Source of the DNA: Octopus sinensis
Taxonomy: Eukaryota
Length of the DNA stretch: 64,000 nt
Assembly: GCF_006345805.1 (NCBI RefSeq)
Contig: NC_043014.1
Span: 8,432,001 to 8,496,000, forward strand
Direction: 5' to 3'
Of the stretch, positions 25,172-38,289 are shown one piece after another; position 1 is the stretch's first letter; each line of letters begins with the position of its first letter. Position numbers and translations under genes: made by a program. The notes below the pieces were generated by a model. It made no database searches, had not been told where the DNA came from, and saw nothing but the letters and a program-made list of their open reading frames with translations.

Positions 25172-25771
25172 GGCAGCGAGCTGGCAGAAACGTTAGCACG
25201 CCGGAGGAAATGCTTAGCGGTATTTCGTCTGCAGTTACGTTCTGAGTTCAAATTCTGCCGAGGTCGACTTTGCCTTTCATCCTTTCGGCGTCGATTAAAT
25301 AAGTACCAGTTATGCACTGGGGTCGATATAATCAACTTAATCCGTTTGTCTGTCCTTGTTTGTCCTCTCTGTGTGTAGCCCCTTGTGGGTAGTAAAGAAA
25401 TAGGTATTTCGTCTGCAGTTACGTTCTGAGTTCAAATTCTGCCGAGGTCGACTTTGCCTTTCATCCTTTCGGGGTCGATTAAATAAGTACCAGTTACGCA
25501 CTGGCGTCGATCTAATCGACTTAATCCGTTTGTCTGTCCTTGTTTGTCCTCTCTGTGTTTAGCCCCTTGTGGGCAGTAAAGAAATAGGTATTTCGTCTGC
25601 AATTACGTTCTGAGTTCAAATTCTGCCGAGGTCGACTTTGCCTTTCATCCTTTCGGGGGTCGATTAAATAAGTACCAGTTACGCACTGGGGTCGATCTAA
25701 TCGACTTAATCCGTTTGTCTGTCCTTGTTTGTCCTCTCTGTGTTTAGCACCTTGTGGGTAGTAAGGAAATA
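25172..25771 (+). mobile_element. SINE family B trimer (one head + 3 x 184-bp units) with 17-bp TSD
   Basis: Units start at 25219, 25403, 25587; GGTATAATTACCTATGT at 25147-25163 and 25772-25788. Confidence 0.92.
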
Positions 25772-26012
25772 GGTATAATTACCTATGTTAACCCTGGATA
25801 TACATATGCAAACATATTATACCCATAGATTACAGGTAATGAGAAAGATAAACATGAGTTTATTGGGAATCAAATTTAAACTAAGCAGAAAACGGAGAAA
25901 TATTGATCAACAACAATTGACTTACATCAGTTATTATTTTTTAATTCAATACAAATAGACTGCATCTCATCTAACAGCTAATAAAAAAATGCTTATTTTC
26001 AACATATGGGTA

Positions 26013-26229
26013 TTACTCTTTTACTCTTTTACTTGTTTCAGTCATTTGACTGCAGCCATGCTGGAGCACCGCCTTTTTTTAGTCGAGCAAATCGACCCCG
26101 GGACTTATTCTTTGTAAGCCCAGTACTTATTCTATCGGTCTCTTTTGCCGAAGCGCTAAGTTACGGGGACGTAAACACACCAGCATCGGTTGTCAAGCAA
26201 TGCTAGGGGGGACAAACACAGACACGCAA

Positions 26230-26265
<36 letters not shown>

Positions 26266-26425
26266 GACAGGCTTCTTTCAGTTTCCGTCTACCAAATCCA
26301 CTCACAAGGCATTGGTCGGCCCAGGGCTATAGCAGAAGACACTTGCCCAAGATGTCAGGCAGTGGGACTGAACCCAGAACCATGTGGTTGGTTAGCAAGC
26401 TACTTACCACACAGCCACTCCTGCC
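26013..26425 (-). mobile_element. SINE family A, full length
   Basis: Matches family consensus. Confidence 0.9.
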
Positions 26426-26910
26426 ACTACAACATGTATCTTATGTGAATAACAAATGCAGAAAACACATTCATTAGTAGTTTAGAGAGATTGCTGATAA
26501 AAAATTTATAACCAAAGTACTCACTTGTATTTCTGTTGGTCTCTCTACTTACATAGATACATATACACACTCACACACAAATATAAATATATGCAAACAT
26601 ATATTTTGGGTTAGGTGATAAATACGCCTGCTATAATAAAGTAGTGTGCATGATGCAAAGCATTAGTTGCTTCAAATTGTGAGCTAGTCTCCTTGAAACA
26701 CTGATGTATTATTTGGTCTATGGAGTGTGTGAAATAATGTGTATTTTAGCATCTGTGGCAGTTTAGAAACTGGTAATGCACATCTCCCTATTATAGGATT
26801 CTTGTGCAATGTGTATAGATGGACAAGAAGTATCACTTCATCTTTCAAAGATCTCAGAGAATTTCGCACCTGAAAAGATGAAAGATTTCAGACTGCAGTG
26901 AAGTGGAATA

Positions 26911-27512
26911 TCTTTATGTATAAAAGTGAAGTTGTGTGTCCGTCTCCTACGATTTAGATTCCTAACTACTCCCACATTTTGCGATGCAATTTAACCAAAA
27001 GCGGGTATCTTATAGTCGTGATTCATATCGAGCCCTTCTGGGTATTAGCGTGCGTCTACGATGAGTCTCCGATTAAAAAAAAAATTTACCATCATTTTTT
27101 TCCCATTTTTAATGCATTTTTTTTGCTATTATATAAGGGAAGTAACTCTCTAAAAAATGCTTATCTTTATATATAAAAGTGAAGTTGTGTGTCTGTCTCC
27201 TACGATTTAGATTCCTAACTACTCCCACATTTTGCGGTGCAATTTAACCAAAAGCGGGTATCTTATCGTCGTGATTCATATCGAGCCCTTCTGGGTATTA
27301 GCGTGCATCTACGATGAGTCTCCGATTTTAAAAAAATTTACCATCATGTTTCCCCATTTTTAATGCATTTTTTTTGCTATTATATAAGGGAAGTAACTCT
27401 CTAAAAAATGCTTATCTTTATATATAAAAGTGAAGTTGTGTGTCTATAACTATATAATGCTTATATAGTTATTTCCCTTACAAACCCAAGCAACGCCGGG
27501 CGATACTGCTAG
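26911..27512 (+). mobile_element. Non-autonomous Helitron with tandemly repeated 5' segment
   Basis: A|TC 5' end; CCC..GCAACGCCGGG hairpin just before CTAG|T; 5' end repeats at 27164 and 27415. Confidence 0.82.
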
Positions 27513-28499
27513 TAGAGAATAAAGCATTTTGGGAGCTACAAATTTAGGGAATGTTGTGTATTTTACATAGGTTATGGTTCATAGTCAGTTTCAACTATGG
27601 GTTTCAGTTAATCAATCAACTACCCCACCAGTTCACTGAATTAGCATGTAAGTGGCTGAACGTTCCACAAAACACGTGTACTCTTGATATAATTCTCAGA
27701 TAAAATCAGTGTGATGCTGTGAATGTCAAGGTCGGACCTTTAAATTGCAAGTACACCCCACCAAGCAGGCTTCTACAAAATTTCTATTTGCCCGTTTTCA
27801 CTCACAAAGTTGACCTGAAGCTATAGATGCCATGCAATAGGATTGAACCTAGAATCTTATGATTGCAAAGCAAACTTCTTACTGTGTGGCCATGAAGTTA
27901 ATTGTACAAGGGTTAGTTAGTGTAGCACTTGTTAGATTACTAGCAAAGGAAATTATACAGTTGTTTGCTTTATTGATTAGCATTACAGCAATTTTATCCA
28001 AGCAGTTTATTGGATAGTTTTTGTTAATTAATTATCTGAAGTCATAGCCAGTTGGGTGCAATGTAGTTTTCATTTGTCACTGAATATGATACCTCAAATT
28101 AGTTTCTCTAAAGTTGGTAGTCTAATTCATTGTGGTGACAAAGGTTGTGGGGGAAGTATGATACTTGTTGTTTAACCCCAGGTCAGCTCTGACCAAGCAG
28201 ATCTATGATCAGATGTGTTTTTAATGATATAGTCAAAGGCAATAATATCTAATACATATCTTTTTTTAAGATAGATTAAGATTTTAGAGAGGTTTGGCTG
28301 CTATTTCTAGCTATTTAAGAAACTGTTGTCAACATGTCCTTAAGGAAATTGTTGGCTATAAAGGGTTCCTATCTCTATGCTGGAGGTAGACTCTAGGAAG
28401 CATGTGTAAGGATCATGTCTACATGACAGGTAAACGTGTATTGAATGGATCCAATCTGTGTCAACTGGATACAAATGAGGCAATAATGATACGTGCATA

Positions 28500-28878
28500 C
28501 ATCATCATTTAGCGTCCGCTTTCCATGCTAGCATGGGTTGGACGGTTCAACTGGGGTCTGGGAAGCCAGAAGGCTGCACCAGGCCCAGTCTGATCTGGCA
28601 ATGTTTCTACAGCTGGATGCCCTTCCTAACGCCAACCACTCCGTGAGTGTAGTGGGTGCTTTTTACGTGCCACCGACACAGGTGCCAGACGAGGCTGGCA
28701 AATGGCCACGATCGGATGGTGCATTTTACGTGCCACCGGCACGGGGACCAGACGAAGCTGGCAACGGCCACGAACGGATGGTCCCTTCTACTTGCCACCA
28801 GCACGAGGCCAGTCGGGCGGCGCTGGCAACGGCCACGTTCGGATGGTTCTCTTACGTGCCACCGGCACTGGTATCACA
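28500..28878 (-). mobile_element. Family C retroposon
   Basis: (CAT)n tail, body and 4 minisatellite units. Confidence 0.85.
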
Positions 28879-30229
28879 TGTAAAGCAGATTGTTAGAAAG
28901 TTTAATAATGGACATGCATTTAAGGCATCTGCTGTTGTATGTAGAAGTGTTTGCTGTACTAAAATTTTGTTCCGTTGTGCTTCCATAAGAAATATTGCTC
29001 CAAAGTTTGTTGATAGTTACTCTATAGAAAATTTAATAAGAAACCTCATACTTTGCTTAATAGGGCTTCCATGATAAATTTTTATCTCAGTATTCATTAA
29101 CATATTGAGTTTGTGTTAGTAGTTGCACTCCTGATGCATCTAGTACTCGTGCCATGAAGATGCCTTAATAGAAGCTGATAAGCACTTTGAATCCTCCTAC
29201 ACACACACACCTACCATTATCTGTATTTATGGCTGTATGGAAGGAAGGAAGCATTACAACAAACTGCAGTTTCAAATCTTGTAATCACAACTCTAAGCTG
29301 TAACATGTGAATTTTACTTAATCTTTAAAAAAGAAAATAAGCAACTTTTCAACAAAATAGTCTTATTTCTACTAAGTGCATCTTGGATGAATATGTTACC
29401 ATTTTCTAAGAAAGAAAAAAAATGTTTTAAAAGATATCTAAAAATTCTAAAGTATTGATTTATTGATAAAATTTAAATGCTGACTACTTTTTAAAAAATG
29501 ACTTCTGGGAATTAGTAAGGTTGAAATGGGACACTTCAAACATAAAGTTCGTGTGTGTTTGTGTGTGTGTATGGGTATAGTTTACTGTTCCTTAGGCAGG
29601 ACCAATAAAAAAAAGAAATTCATCCAGTGAGAAACAAATATCATTTAATATACACAGAATTTTAAAAAGAACTATGTATAGTTTCATGCTATAGAGATAC
29701 ATTAATTTGGCAGATTTATATAACATGCCATGTGTCTCCAAACAATCTTTCAAGCTCAATGCATACCATTAGACCTATTTGAAAACCAGGACACTGGTCT
29801 GTGAGAAAGCATGAGAAAAACTGAGAGGAAAAATGCGAAGAAGGTTGATGCAAAAAGTGGAATGAGAAGAAAAGAAAAGTAAGAAAACCAAGATCTATAT
29901 CCCCCTTGTTTGTAGAAATCTTAATTAATCTAGTTGGTGCAAAAAAATATTGCAGAGAGGAGAATTCAGAATTGTTGTAGCACATCATGATTTTGAATTA
30001 TGTGCATAAATAAAGCCACTAAGTTGGCTAGCCATATATGGGATCTGATGTGCATAATTATATATTAATACTATATTAGTATCAAGAATAGTTAAGTTCA
30101 AGGTAAATAATTATTATTATAATATATTAGTACTGTATCTAGTATATATATGTCCATAGCAAATAGTATTATAATGTAATGGTACATAGTATATTTATGT
30201 TAAAGGAATACCCACTTTATTTTTGATAT

Positions 30230-32110
30230 GCTCAGATCAGCATTGTGCTGGTCTCTCGTTGTAGGAACCAGCAATAGTCACTCACCATGTGTGGATTGAA
30301 CCAGCCTTGAAACCTCATTTCCATCTTAGAAATATCTCTGTGCCGGTGGCACGTAAAAAGCACCATCCGAGCATGACCGATGCCAGCACCGCCTAGACTG
30401 GCTTCTGTGCCGGTGACACGTTAAAAGCACCAACCGATCGTGGCCGCTGCCAAACTCCCCTGGCACCTGTGCCGGTGGCACGTAAAAAGCACCCACTACA
30501 CTCGTGGAGTGGTTGGCATTAGGAAGGGCATCCAGCTGTAGAAACACTGCCAGATCAGACTGGAACCTGGTGCAGCCTCCTGGCTTCCCAGATCCCCAGT
30601 CGAACCATCCAACCCATGCTAGCACGGAAAGCGGACGTTAAACGATGATGGTGATGATGATGATGATGATATATCCTGGTGGAACCTCTCATTATGCTCA
30701 TCACTAACGGCACCAAGATTCATTGGAAAAAAATCAAGATGAGAATGCAAAAAGTGCATTTAAGGGACATTCGGCATCCCATTCTTTCATATGCTGTTAG
30801 TATGTTGTTTATTAAACCAGCATAGTTTTCAGCTCTATGATTTCCAAGAAAGTTCTCTACAACTAACATGAATGAATCCTATGCCATCAGCTCAACTGGA
30901 TTCAGTTTACCTCTGAATTTGCTATCAGACATCAATTCTCTGATGAAAATGCCTCCAATGAAAATGCCTGCTTTCAGTTTTGCATCAATTTTCTCTGCAC
31001 CAAATTTGACTTTTAGGGACTGGAAGCTACAACCATTGTGTGTCATTGCTTTTATGAAGTTTTTCATGAGGCTCATCTCTTTTAGGCCAGTATTTTACAG
31101 TGTAATGAATCGTGGCTGTTCCAAACATACAAGAAGCACATATTTTTGGTATATCCCAGCTGCAGTCTTAGGAGGAAGGAAATCGTCTTTAAATCACCAC
31201 ATTTTCAGAATGAGTTTCATCGATTCATAAGTTTCTTCCATACTAACAACATGACTCGCAGGAATGGAAGGTTTTTCATTACCATTATGTAACAACACAG
31301 TTTTGAGGCTAACCTTACTCGAGTCTATAAACAATCTCTATTCATTATCCACATGCATGTATCCTAGTTTTTGCATGAGTGCATTAACATTAGTACAGAA
31401 ACGATCATTATCTTCTTGGTTGAAAAAGACAGATAAGCCTTCATGGCGAGAAGAGAAAATGGACATTTTTGTACCTTGCTGTAGGTAATTCCGTTGCTGT
31501 AGTCTGGATTCCAAAACTTCTGCCTTCTCCTTTGACAATGCTAGGTCTCTTACTAAATCATTCAAATCTTCATGATTAAACAAGCGTGGCTCATTTTTAT
31601 TAGAATTAACTACGTACTCCTTGTTGATAGGGGAATCAGGGGTTTCATAGTGTGATGTGTCAAGGTCTTCTAGTGAATCATGTGAAAGGGGAACTGGGCC
31701 AGGGTTCTCGAAGTCATGTGGGACCAGTTTTAGAGCTGACTTACAATCTGCATACACAATTTTTGCTTTGGTTTTCTTTGAGAAACCACTACTATTTGTC
31801 ATGCAAAAGTATCAATCAGAGACATGATTGGTTGGATCACGTCATACCATTGGTACAGCAAAAAGGCATTCCCTTCTGTTTTCCATTCAACCATTGTGTA
31901 AGTCCTGAGTAACACACGGTGCAGCATATATGAGGTGCCGACCTCTTGTCTTGGTCCCCTACTTTACACCCGAAATGATATTTATAGGTAGTTTTTAATT
32001 TGGCAGCAATGTTCTTCCACAGGTCATGTGGGGAAAATTTTCCACAGACATAATAAAAGTTGTCTAGGTGATTCACACAGCCTCTCCTATTCATGGTCTA
32101 ACACAATGAA
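30230..32110 (-). mobile_element. Degenerate DDE transposase, probably CMC/Chapaev3-like, interrupted by family C (30337-30670)
   Basis: Minus-strand motifs CVNHLDNFYYVCG, FGCKVGDQDK..APHICC, GIFIG, FLGNHRAENY, SDEHNERFHQDI|SKMEMRFQG..SDYCWFL. The superfamily assignment rests on my recollection of these motifs. Confidence 0.7.
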
Positions 32111-32354
32111 CACAGTTAAAACAGTAATCACACAGAGTGAGAGATACACATACCACATGTGACAGCAGTGCAAATGACACAGAGAGTTACCAAGAGCAAA
32201 CTGACTTATTTGGCACTTGCACACAATACATCAGCGCCATCTGTTGCTAAACTAAATAATGAACTTTCTTATCGGTTGTTTTATTGCTGTTATTTCTTTA
32301 ATTTTGAATTAAGACTGCTTTCATTTTAGAAAATTTTATGATACAACCTATATA

Positions 32355-32525
32355 GGTGTAGGAGTGGCTGTGTGGTAAGTAGCTTTCTTATGGACCACAT
32401 GGTTCCGGGTTCAGTCCCACTGCATGGCACCTTAGGCAAGTGTCTTCTACTCTAGCCTCAGGCCAACCAAAGCCTTGTGAATGGATTTGGTAGATGGAAA
32501 CTGAAAGAAGCCCATCGCATATATA

Positions 32526-32580
<55 letters not shown>

Positions 32581-32786
32581 ATGTTCGTGTGTCCATGTTT
32601 GTCTCCCCAACATTGCTTGACAACCGATGCTGGTGTGTTTACGTCCCTGTAACTTAGCGGTTCGGCAAAAGAGACCAATAGAATAAGTACTGGGCTTTCA
32701 AAGAATAAGTCCTGGGGTTGATTTGCTCGACTAAAGGCGGTGCTCCAGCATGGCCACAGTCAAATGACTGAAACAAGTAAAAGAGT
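32355..32786 (+). mobile_element. SINE family A, full length
   Basis: Matches family consensus. Confidence 0.88.
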
Positions 32787-33015
32787 GTATCTAGCCGAAA
32801 GCATAGTTATAATCTTGTGCATGCACATAACTCAAAATCTTGACATGCTAGAACAATTCTGAATGCGGATTCGGAACCAGCACCCTTGATTTAGTCTAAA
32901 ACACATTCTTCTAACCCAGTAGCAAAATCTTTGTTGTCCAGTGTAATTTATACATCTTTTCTTCAAATTGTAAGTTGTAATAGAAAATAAAGACTGTTTT
33001 TGTGCATGGATATAA

Positions 33016-33274
33016 TCATCATCGTTTAGCGTCCGCTTTCCATGCTGGCATGGGTTGGACGCTGCAACTGGGGTCTGGGAAGCCAGGAGGCTGCACCAGG
33101 CCCAGTCTGATCTGGCAATGTTTCTACAGTTGGATGCCCTTCCTAACGCCAACCACTCCATGAGTGTAGTGGGTGCTTTTTACATGCCACCGGCACAGGC
33201 GCCAGACGAGGCTGGCTAACGGCCACGATCGGATGGTGCTTTTTACGTGCCACCGGCACGGAGGCCAGGCGAGG
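33016..33274 (-). mobile_element. Family C retroposon
   Basis: Matches family consensus. Confidence 0.85.
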
Positions 33275-33522
33275 CAAATTTTTGATGTAGTATGAAATGG
33301 TTAGTTTACTACATATATTATACTAAAGATACATATAAGAGTGAGGTATATTTTTCTAGTGATTACTGATTTTTTAAAATACTTTTGAAGAATTTATATA
33401 GAAAATCATTAAAACAATTCTACAATATTTATACAAATGGAAATTGACAGTTTGTTCAATTTTATGTGTAAGTGTAAATATAGTGTGTGTTCAAGTGTCA
33501 AAGTAGATATTATCTGAATATA

Positions 33523-33932
33523 TACTCTTTACTCTTTTACTCGTTTCAGTCATTTGACTGGGGCCATGCTAGAGCACCGCCTTTAGTTGGGCAAATCGAC
33601 CCCGGGACTTATTTTTTGTAAGCCCAGTACTTATTCTATCGGTCTCTTTTTGCTGAACCGCTAAGTGACGGGGATGTAAACACACCAGCATCGGTTGTCA
33701 AGCAATGCTAGGGGGGCCAAACACAGACACACAAACACATACACACACATACATATATATATATATATACGACAGGCTTCTTTCAGTTTCCGTCTACCAA
33801 ATCCACTTACAAGGCATTGGTCGGCCCGGGGCTATAGCAGAAGACACTTGCCCAAGATGCCATGCAGTGGGACTGAACCCGGAACCATGTGGTTGGTTAG
33901 CAAGAGACTTACCACACAGCCACTCCTGTGCC
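33523..33932 (-). mobile_element. SINE family A, full length
   Basis: Matches family consensus. Confidence 0.9.
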
Positions 33933-34394
33933 TATATATATATATATATATAAAGAATAAATAAATAAATTAATATATTCAATAAATTCTGTATGCTTGA
34001 TAAATTGTCAGATGTATTGGATATGAATATGAAATAAATATGTTTAGAATAATGAGTTTTTTATGCAAGTTATTAAAAGCAGGTATAAATATGAATTTGT
34101 AAACTCTAGTTAAGAGATAAAATAGAAAATGAAAGTGGATGTAAGTATAACAATGTGGTTAAGATGTTCACTTTGCAATCATGTGGTTCTAGGTTCAATC
34201 CCACTGTGTAGCATCTTGGGTAAGTAACTTCTATCCGTATTGATTTTCTACCTTCCTGTATACAGAACATGGCTGGTTCTCTGTTTCTTCTGGATTTTGG
34301 TGATTTTTGATAAGTTAGTGTTTTATTCTTTGTCCTGTTAATGTCAGGTTTTCTGATTCCATCTTACTTTCTGTTTCACACTTGTTCTTGTGGC

Positions 34395-34745
34395 GACATT
34401 CACCCTGGTTGGGTTGAGTCGGCTTCTTCCTTAGAACAGGTTTCGTGGGAATATGTGGATTTCACAAGCGATCCCCAATAATCCCGCATGTAGAGACATC
34501 CTGTTTGCCGCAGATTGTCTGCAGACGCAGGGACAGAATGACCGAAGAGCCGCCAGTTGCCGAAACAGACACTCCGAGGATTTTCACCAGAGCCCTGTCT
34601 GCTGGGTTGTGGCCCTAATACCACTCGGTGTCAGACCAATTTGCCTTGGGTGGCCCTACCAGGAACCAAAGTTCCCGACGGCATAGCTCTGACACTACCT
34701 GTTGCCAGCATCCCCACCACGGTGAGGAGGGGATGGACTTTGGGG
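34395..34745 (+). mobile_element. GC-rich fragment resembling an RTE-clade 5' UTR
   Basis: GGTGGCCCTACCAGGAACC..CCCGACGGCATAGCTCT..CATCCCCACCACGGTGAGG resembles RTE leader sequences as I recall them; not verified. Confidence 0.4.
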
Positions 34746-35532
34746 AGTTCTTCGGCAGATTTTGCAATTACAATCAAGTCTTCAGCTCACAAAATTTTCC
34801 ATGCTAGAACAATGAAGTTCAGGAGGTCTGAATACTTACTCAACCCGTAAGAAATAGTAACTAAATTTCCTTTAAATCACACTCTAGTGACATAAAAAAG
34901 AAAGGACATATATTGGATAATGTAGTTGTCGACACAGTATATCTGAAATAAGATGGAATATTTACAGCTGGAATATCTCAGACTTTCTAATATGCATTTT
35001 ACACATAAACATATTTATTAAGTATGAAAACTAAAATTCATACTGACTTTCAATGCAGTTTCCTGCGTCTAAAACTCAATAGTATTAAGAATGTTTAACA
35101 CAACATATTCTCATATGGTTATCTCCATCAACCAGTGCATCTATTGTGCATAATTAATTAACGTCACTTTCTGTGAATACTAATCCGTATATTGAATAAC
35201 TTACCAACCTGAGTACAATAGTTTTATAAAACAGAGCTTTTAATCAAAGACGTAATGCTGTTCAGTAGCAACTTCTTGAAGGAAATATATTACTATTTTG
35301 GATGTGTTAAGAGAAAGTGTATATCAGAAGTAAATATACATTGTGTAGAGTATTAGTGGAAAAGAAAGCATTGAAACTAGTCTAGTTGATTAGAATAAGG
35401 AAGAAAGAAAAATAATTATATATCATAAATTATTAACATTATCTTTCCATTAAAAACAAAAGCCCTTATATAACACTTTTCATTAAAGATAAAGCCTTAT
35501 GTAACACTAACTGAAAACCTGCAATAAATCCA

Positions 35533-35950
35533 TTACTCTTTACTCTTTTACTTGTTTCAGTCATTTGACTGCGGCCATGCTGGAGCACCGCCTTTTAATC
35601 GAGCAACTCGACCCTGGGACTTATTATTTTGTAAGCCCAGTACTTATTCTATCGGTCTCTTTTGCCAAACCGCTAAGTAACAGGGACATAAACACACCAG
35701 CATCGGTTGTCAAGCAATGCTTGGGGACAAACACAGACACACAAACACACACACGCATATATATATATATATATATATACATATATACGACGGGTTTCTT
35801 TCAGTTTCCGTCTCCCAAATCCACTCACAAGGCTTTGGTCGGCCCGAGGCTATAGTAGAAGACACTTACCCAAGGTGCCACGCAGTGGGACTGAACCCGG
35901 AACCATGTGGATGGTAGACAAGCTACTTACCACACAGCCACTCCTGCGCC
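35533..35950 (-). mobile_element. SINE family A, full length
   Basis: Matches family consensus. Confidence 0.9.
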
Positions 35951-36604
35951 ATTGTTGACTTGAACACAATATAAATGCTTTTAATGAAATAAGTTCAACT
36001 TTCTTTAGCAAGGGTTTATAATTCAATGTATATACTCTACTGAATAAAATGTATGTTTGATTTATGCTACTTATATTATATATATTTTCATACGTTTTAA
36101 CTAAGAGTATTCTAGATGATCTAGTCATTAAATTATAATACAAGTGGCTGAATATTCCACAGAAAGTTATGCCCTTATCATAATCCATCCTTGGCCCATG
36201 GCACAATGTGTGACAAGACTTGGTCTTAGGTTTATTGGTATCATATATACAGTCAATCGAACTGTCTTCCTCACAGTTTCTATGACTCTCAAGGAATGCA
36301 AGGAATGAATTGACACGAGATTATTGTTCAAGACACTAGATACAGGTGCCATGTACTGGGATTTGAAGCAGGCATCACATGATTGCAAAGTAAATATCTT
36401 AATCATTCAATCATGTTTGCTCCCTACACAAGCAGATGCTCTCCCAGAAATACTGTGTAAAGATGAAATTTCCATGCCATATTTATGTCTCAATGTAGTT
36501 ACAAGACTGCTCATCTATATATATATATTGTTTTGAATACTTCATATTTGAAACTTTGCTGAATATGTTAACAAACAAGGATAACAAGTGGGTGTGTATA
36601 AATA

Positions 36605-36647
<43 letters not shown>

Positions 36648-36863
36648 TTATGTTTCTTTCTGAGTGTATTCTACTGACAAGGCAAAGCATTTCTAAATGC
36701 AAAGCCAGAAATCTGGGATCTAGAATTATCCAGTAATTTTTTACTAGTTTCATTGTGTCTCTCTGTCTTTTCTTGATGCTGCTATATGAAAACTTAAGGT
36801 GGTTTTAGAGTCGGTTCATGGCTGCTATTTTCAGCATGGTGGTATCTCGTAGATACCCTAATT

Positions 36864-36896
<33 letters not shown>

Positions 36897-36897
<1 letters not shown>

Positions 36898-37065
36898 ACT
36901 TATAAATAAGGGCAAATGAAAAAATTTCAAATGCCAAATATGCCGACCTTTTTTCGAGTAGCGTGCGTACTGGGAAAAAAAAAATTATATGGTAAATGGA
37001 CAATATGTCCAATTTTCGGCATATTTGGCATTAGAAATTTTTTCATTTGCCCTTATTTATAAGTT
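36897..37065. mobile_element. MITE-like element with 50-bp terminal inverted repeats
   Basis: 36897-36946 vs 37016-37065: 49/50 complementary, 69-bp spacer. Confidence 0.8.
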
Positions 37066-37653
37066 GTTTATAATTTAACCTTTAAAGGTGTTTTTTAATA
37101 TGCTGGCCATTGATCAAATTTTTTTCGAAAAAATTTTATTCTACATTAGATATATATATATATATTATATATATATATATATATATATGTTTGTGTGTGT
37201 ATACATAGTAGGGTTTGTAATTTCAAAAATGTTCTCAACAATTTCTGGTTTCATTGAATTTTGGCACCTTATATTGCATTTGTTTCTTGTGTACACTTCT
37301 TTCTTCCCTTGTATGTGTAGTTATATTTCTGGCTATGTGTTAATGTCTACCAACTCTGCAGGTGTATGTGTGGGAGTGTCTAGAGTTATTGATATATTGG
37401 TATGTATTGATTTGCTTCTCAAAATAAATCTCTTTCATCTTAAACAAGAAATCAGGACTAAAGCAGCCACAACTGCTTTAACCTTTCTTTTGTCTCTCAT
37501 TTAAAAGATTTCATTATAAAAACTGTTGTAGTTAAAGCATTAGTTATTCCTTTTTCTTTTTTTCTTTTTGTTAATATCCTCCGCTATTACCACCACTTTG
37601 TTACACACTTAATGCTAATTCTCAGCATGCATATGTTGCTCATCCCCAACATA

Positions 37654-38049
37654 CAGGAGTGGCTGTGTGGTAAGTAGCTTGCTAACCAACCACATGGTTC
37701 CGGGTTCAGTCCCACTGCATGGCATCTTGGGCAAGTGTCTTCTGCTATAGCCTCGGGCCGACCAAAGCCTTGTGAGTGGATTTGGTAGACTGAAACTGAA
37801 AGAAGCCTGTCGTATATATGTATATATATATATATATATATATGCGTGTGTGTGTTTGTGTGAGTGTGTTTGTCCCCCTAGCATTGCTTGACAACCGATG
37901 CTGGTGTGTTTACGTCCCCGTTACTTAGCGGTTCGGCAAAAGAGACCGATAGAATAAGTACTGGGCTTACAAAAAATAAGTCCCGGGGTCGAGTTGCTCG
38001 ATTTAAGGCGGTGCTCCAGCATGGCCGCATTCAAATGACTGAAACAAGT
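37654..38049 (+). mobile_element. SINE family A
   Basis: Matches family consensus. Confidence 0.88.
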
Positions 38050-38289
38050 GAAAAAATTAAATACATTTCTTATTCCCACTTGCATCAACACAGTTTTCTT
38101 GGTAACCTGCTCAAACACACAGATGTTACTAAGCTAAACCCCCTCCCCTCCTACATGATTGTTGTTAACTTCCACACCATAATCACTTCTAATAGTTACC
38201 TCTCCCCTCCACTATTCCTCACCATCTCTCCTACTCAACACTCCATATTTTGGTGATCCTTGTTACATTTCCCTCTGTGACACACAAAA

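Noticed and set aside
28538-29074. Recurrent ORFs MDGSTGV..LDALPNANHSVSVVGAFYVPP and MSSNARG../MTTDAGVF..
   Set aside because: They are translations of family C and SINE-A copies, with open frames varying between copies and no domain.
29811-29878. Alternative first exon ATGAGAAAA...GAAAA|gtaaga (Lys/Arg-rich)
   Set aside because: The donor is phase 2 relative to the ATG, while exon 2 needs phase 0; the phase-0 frame has a stop.
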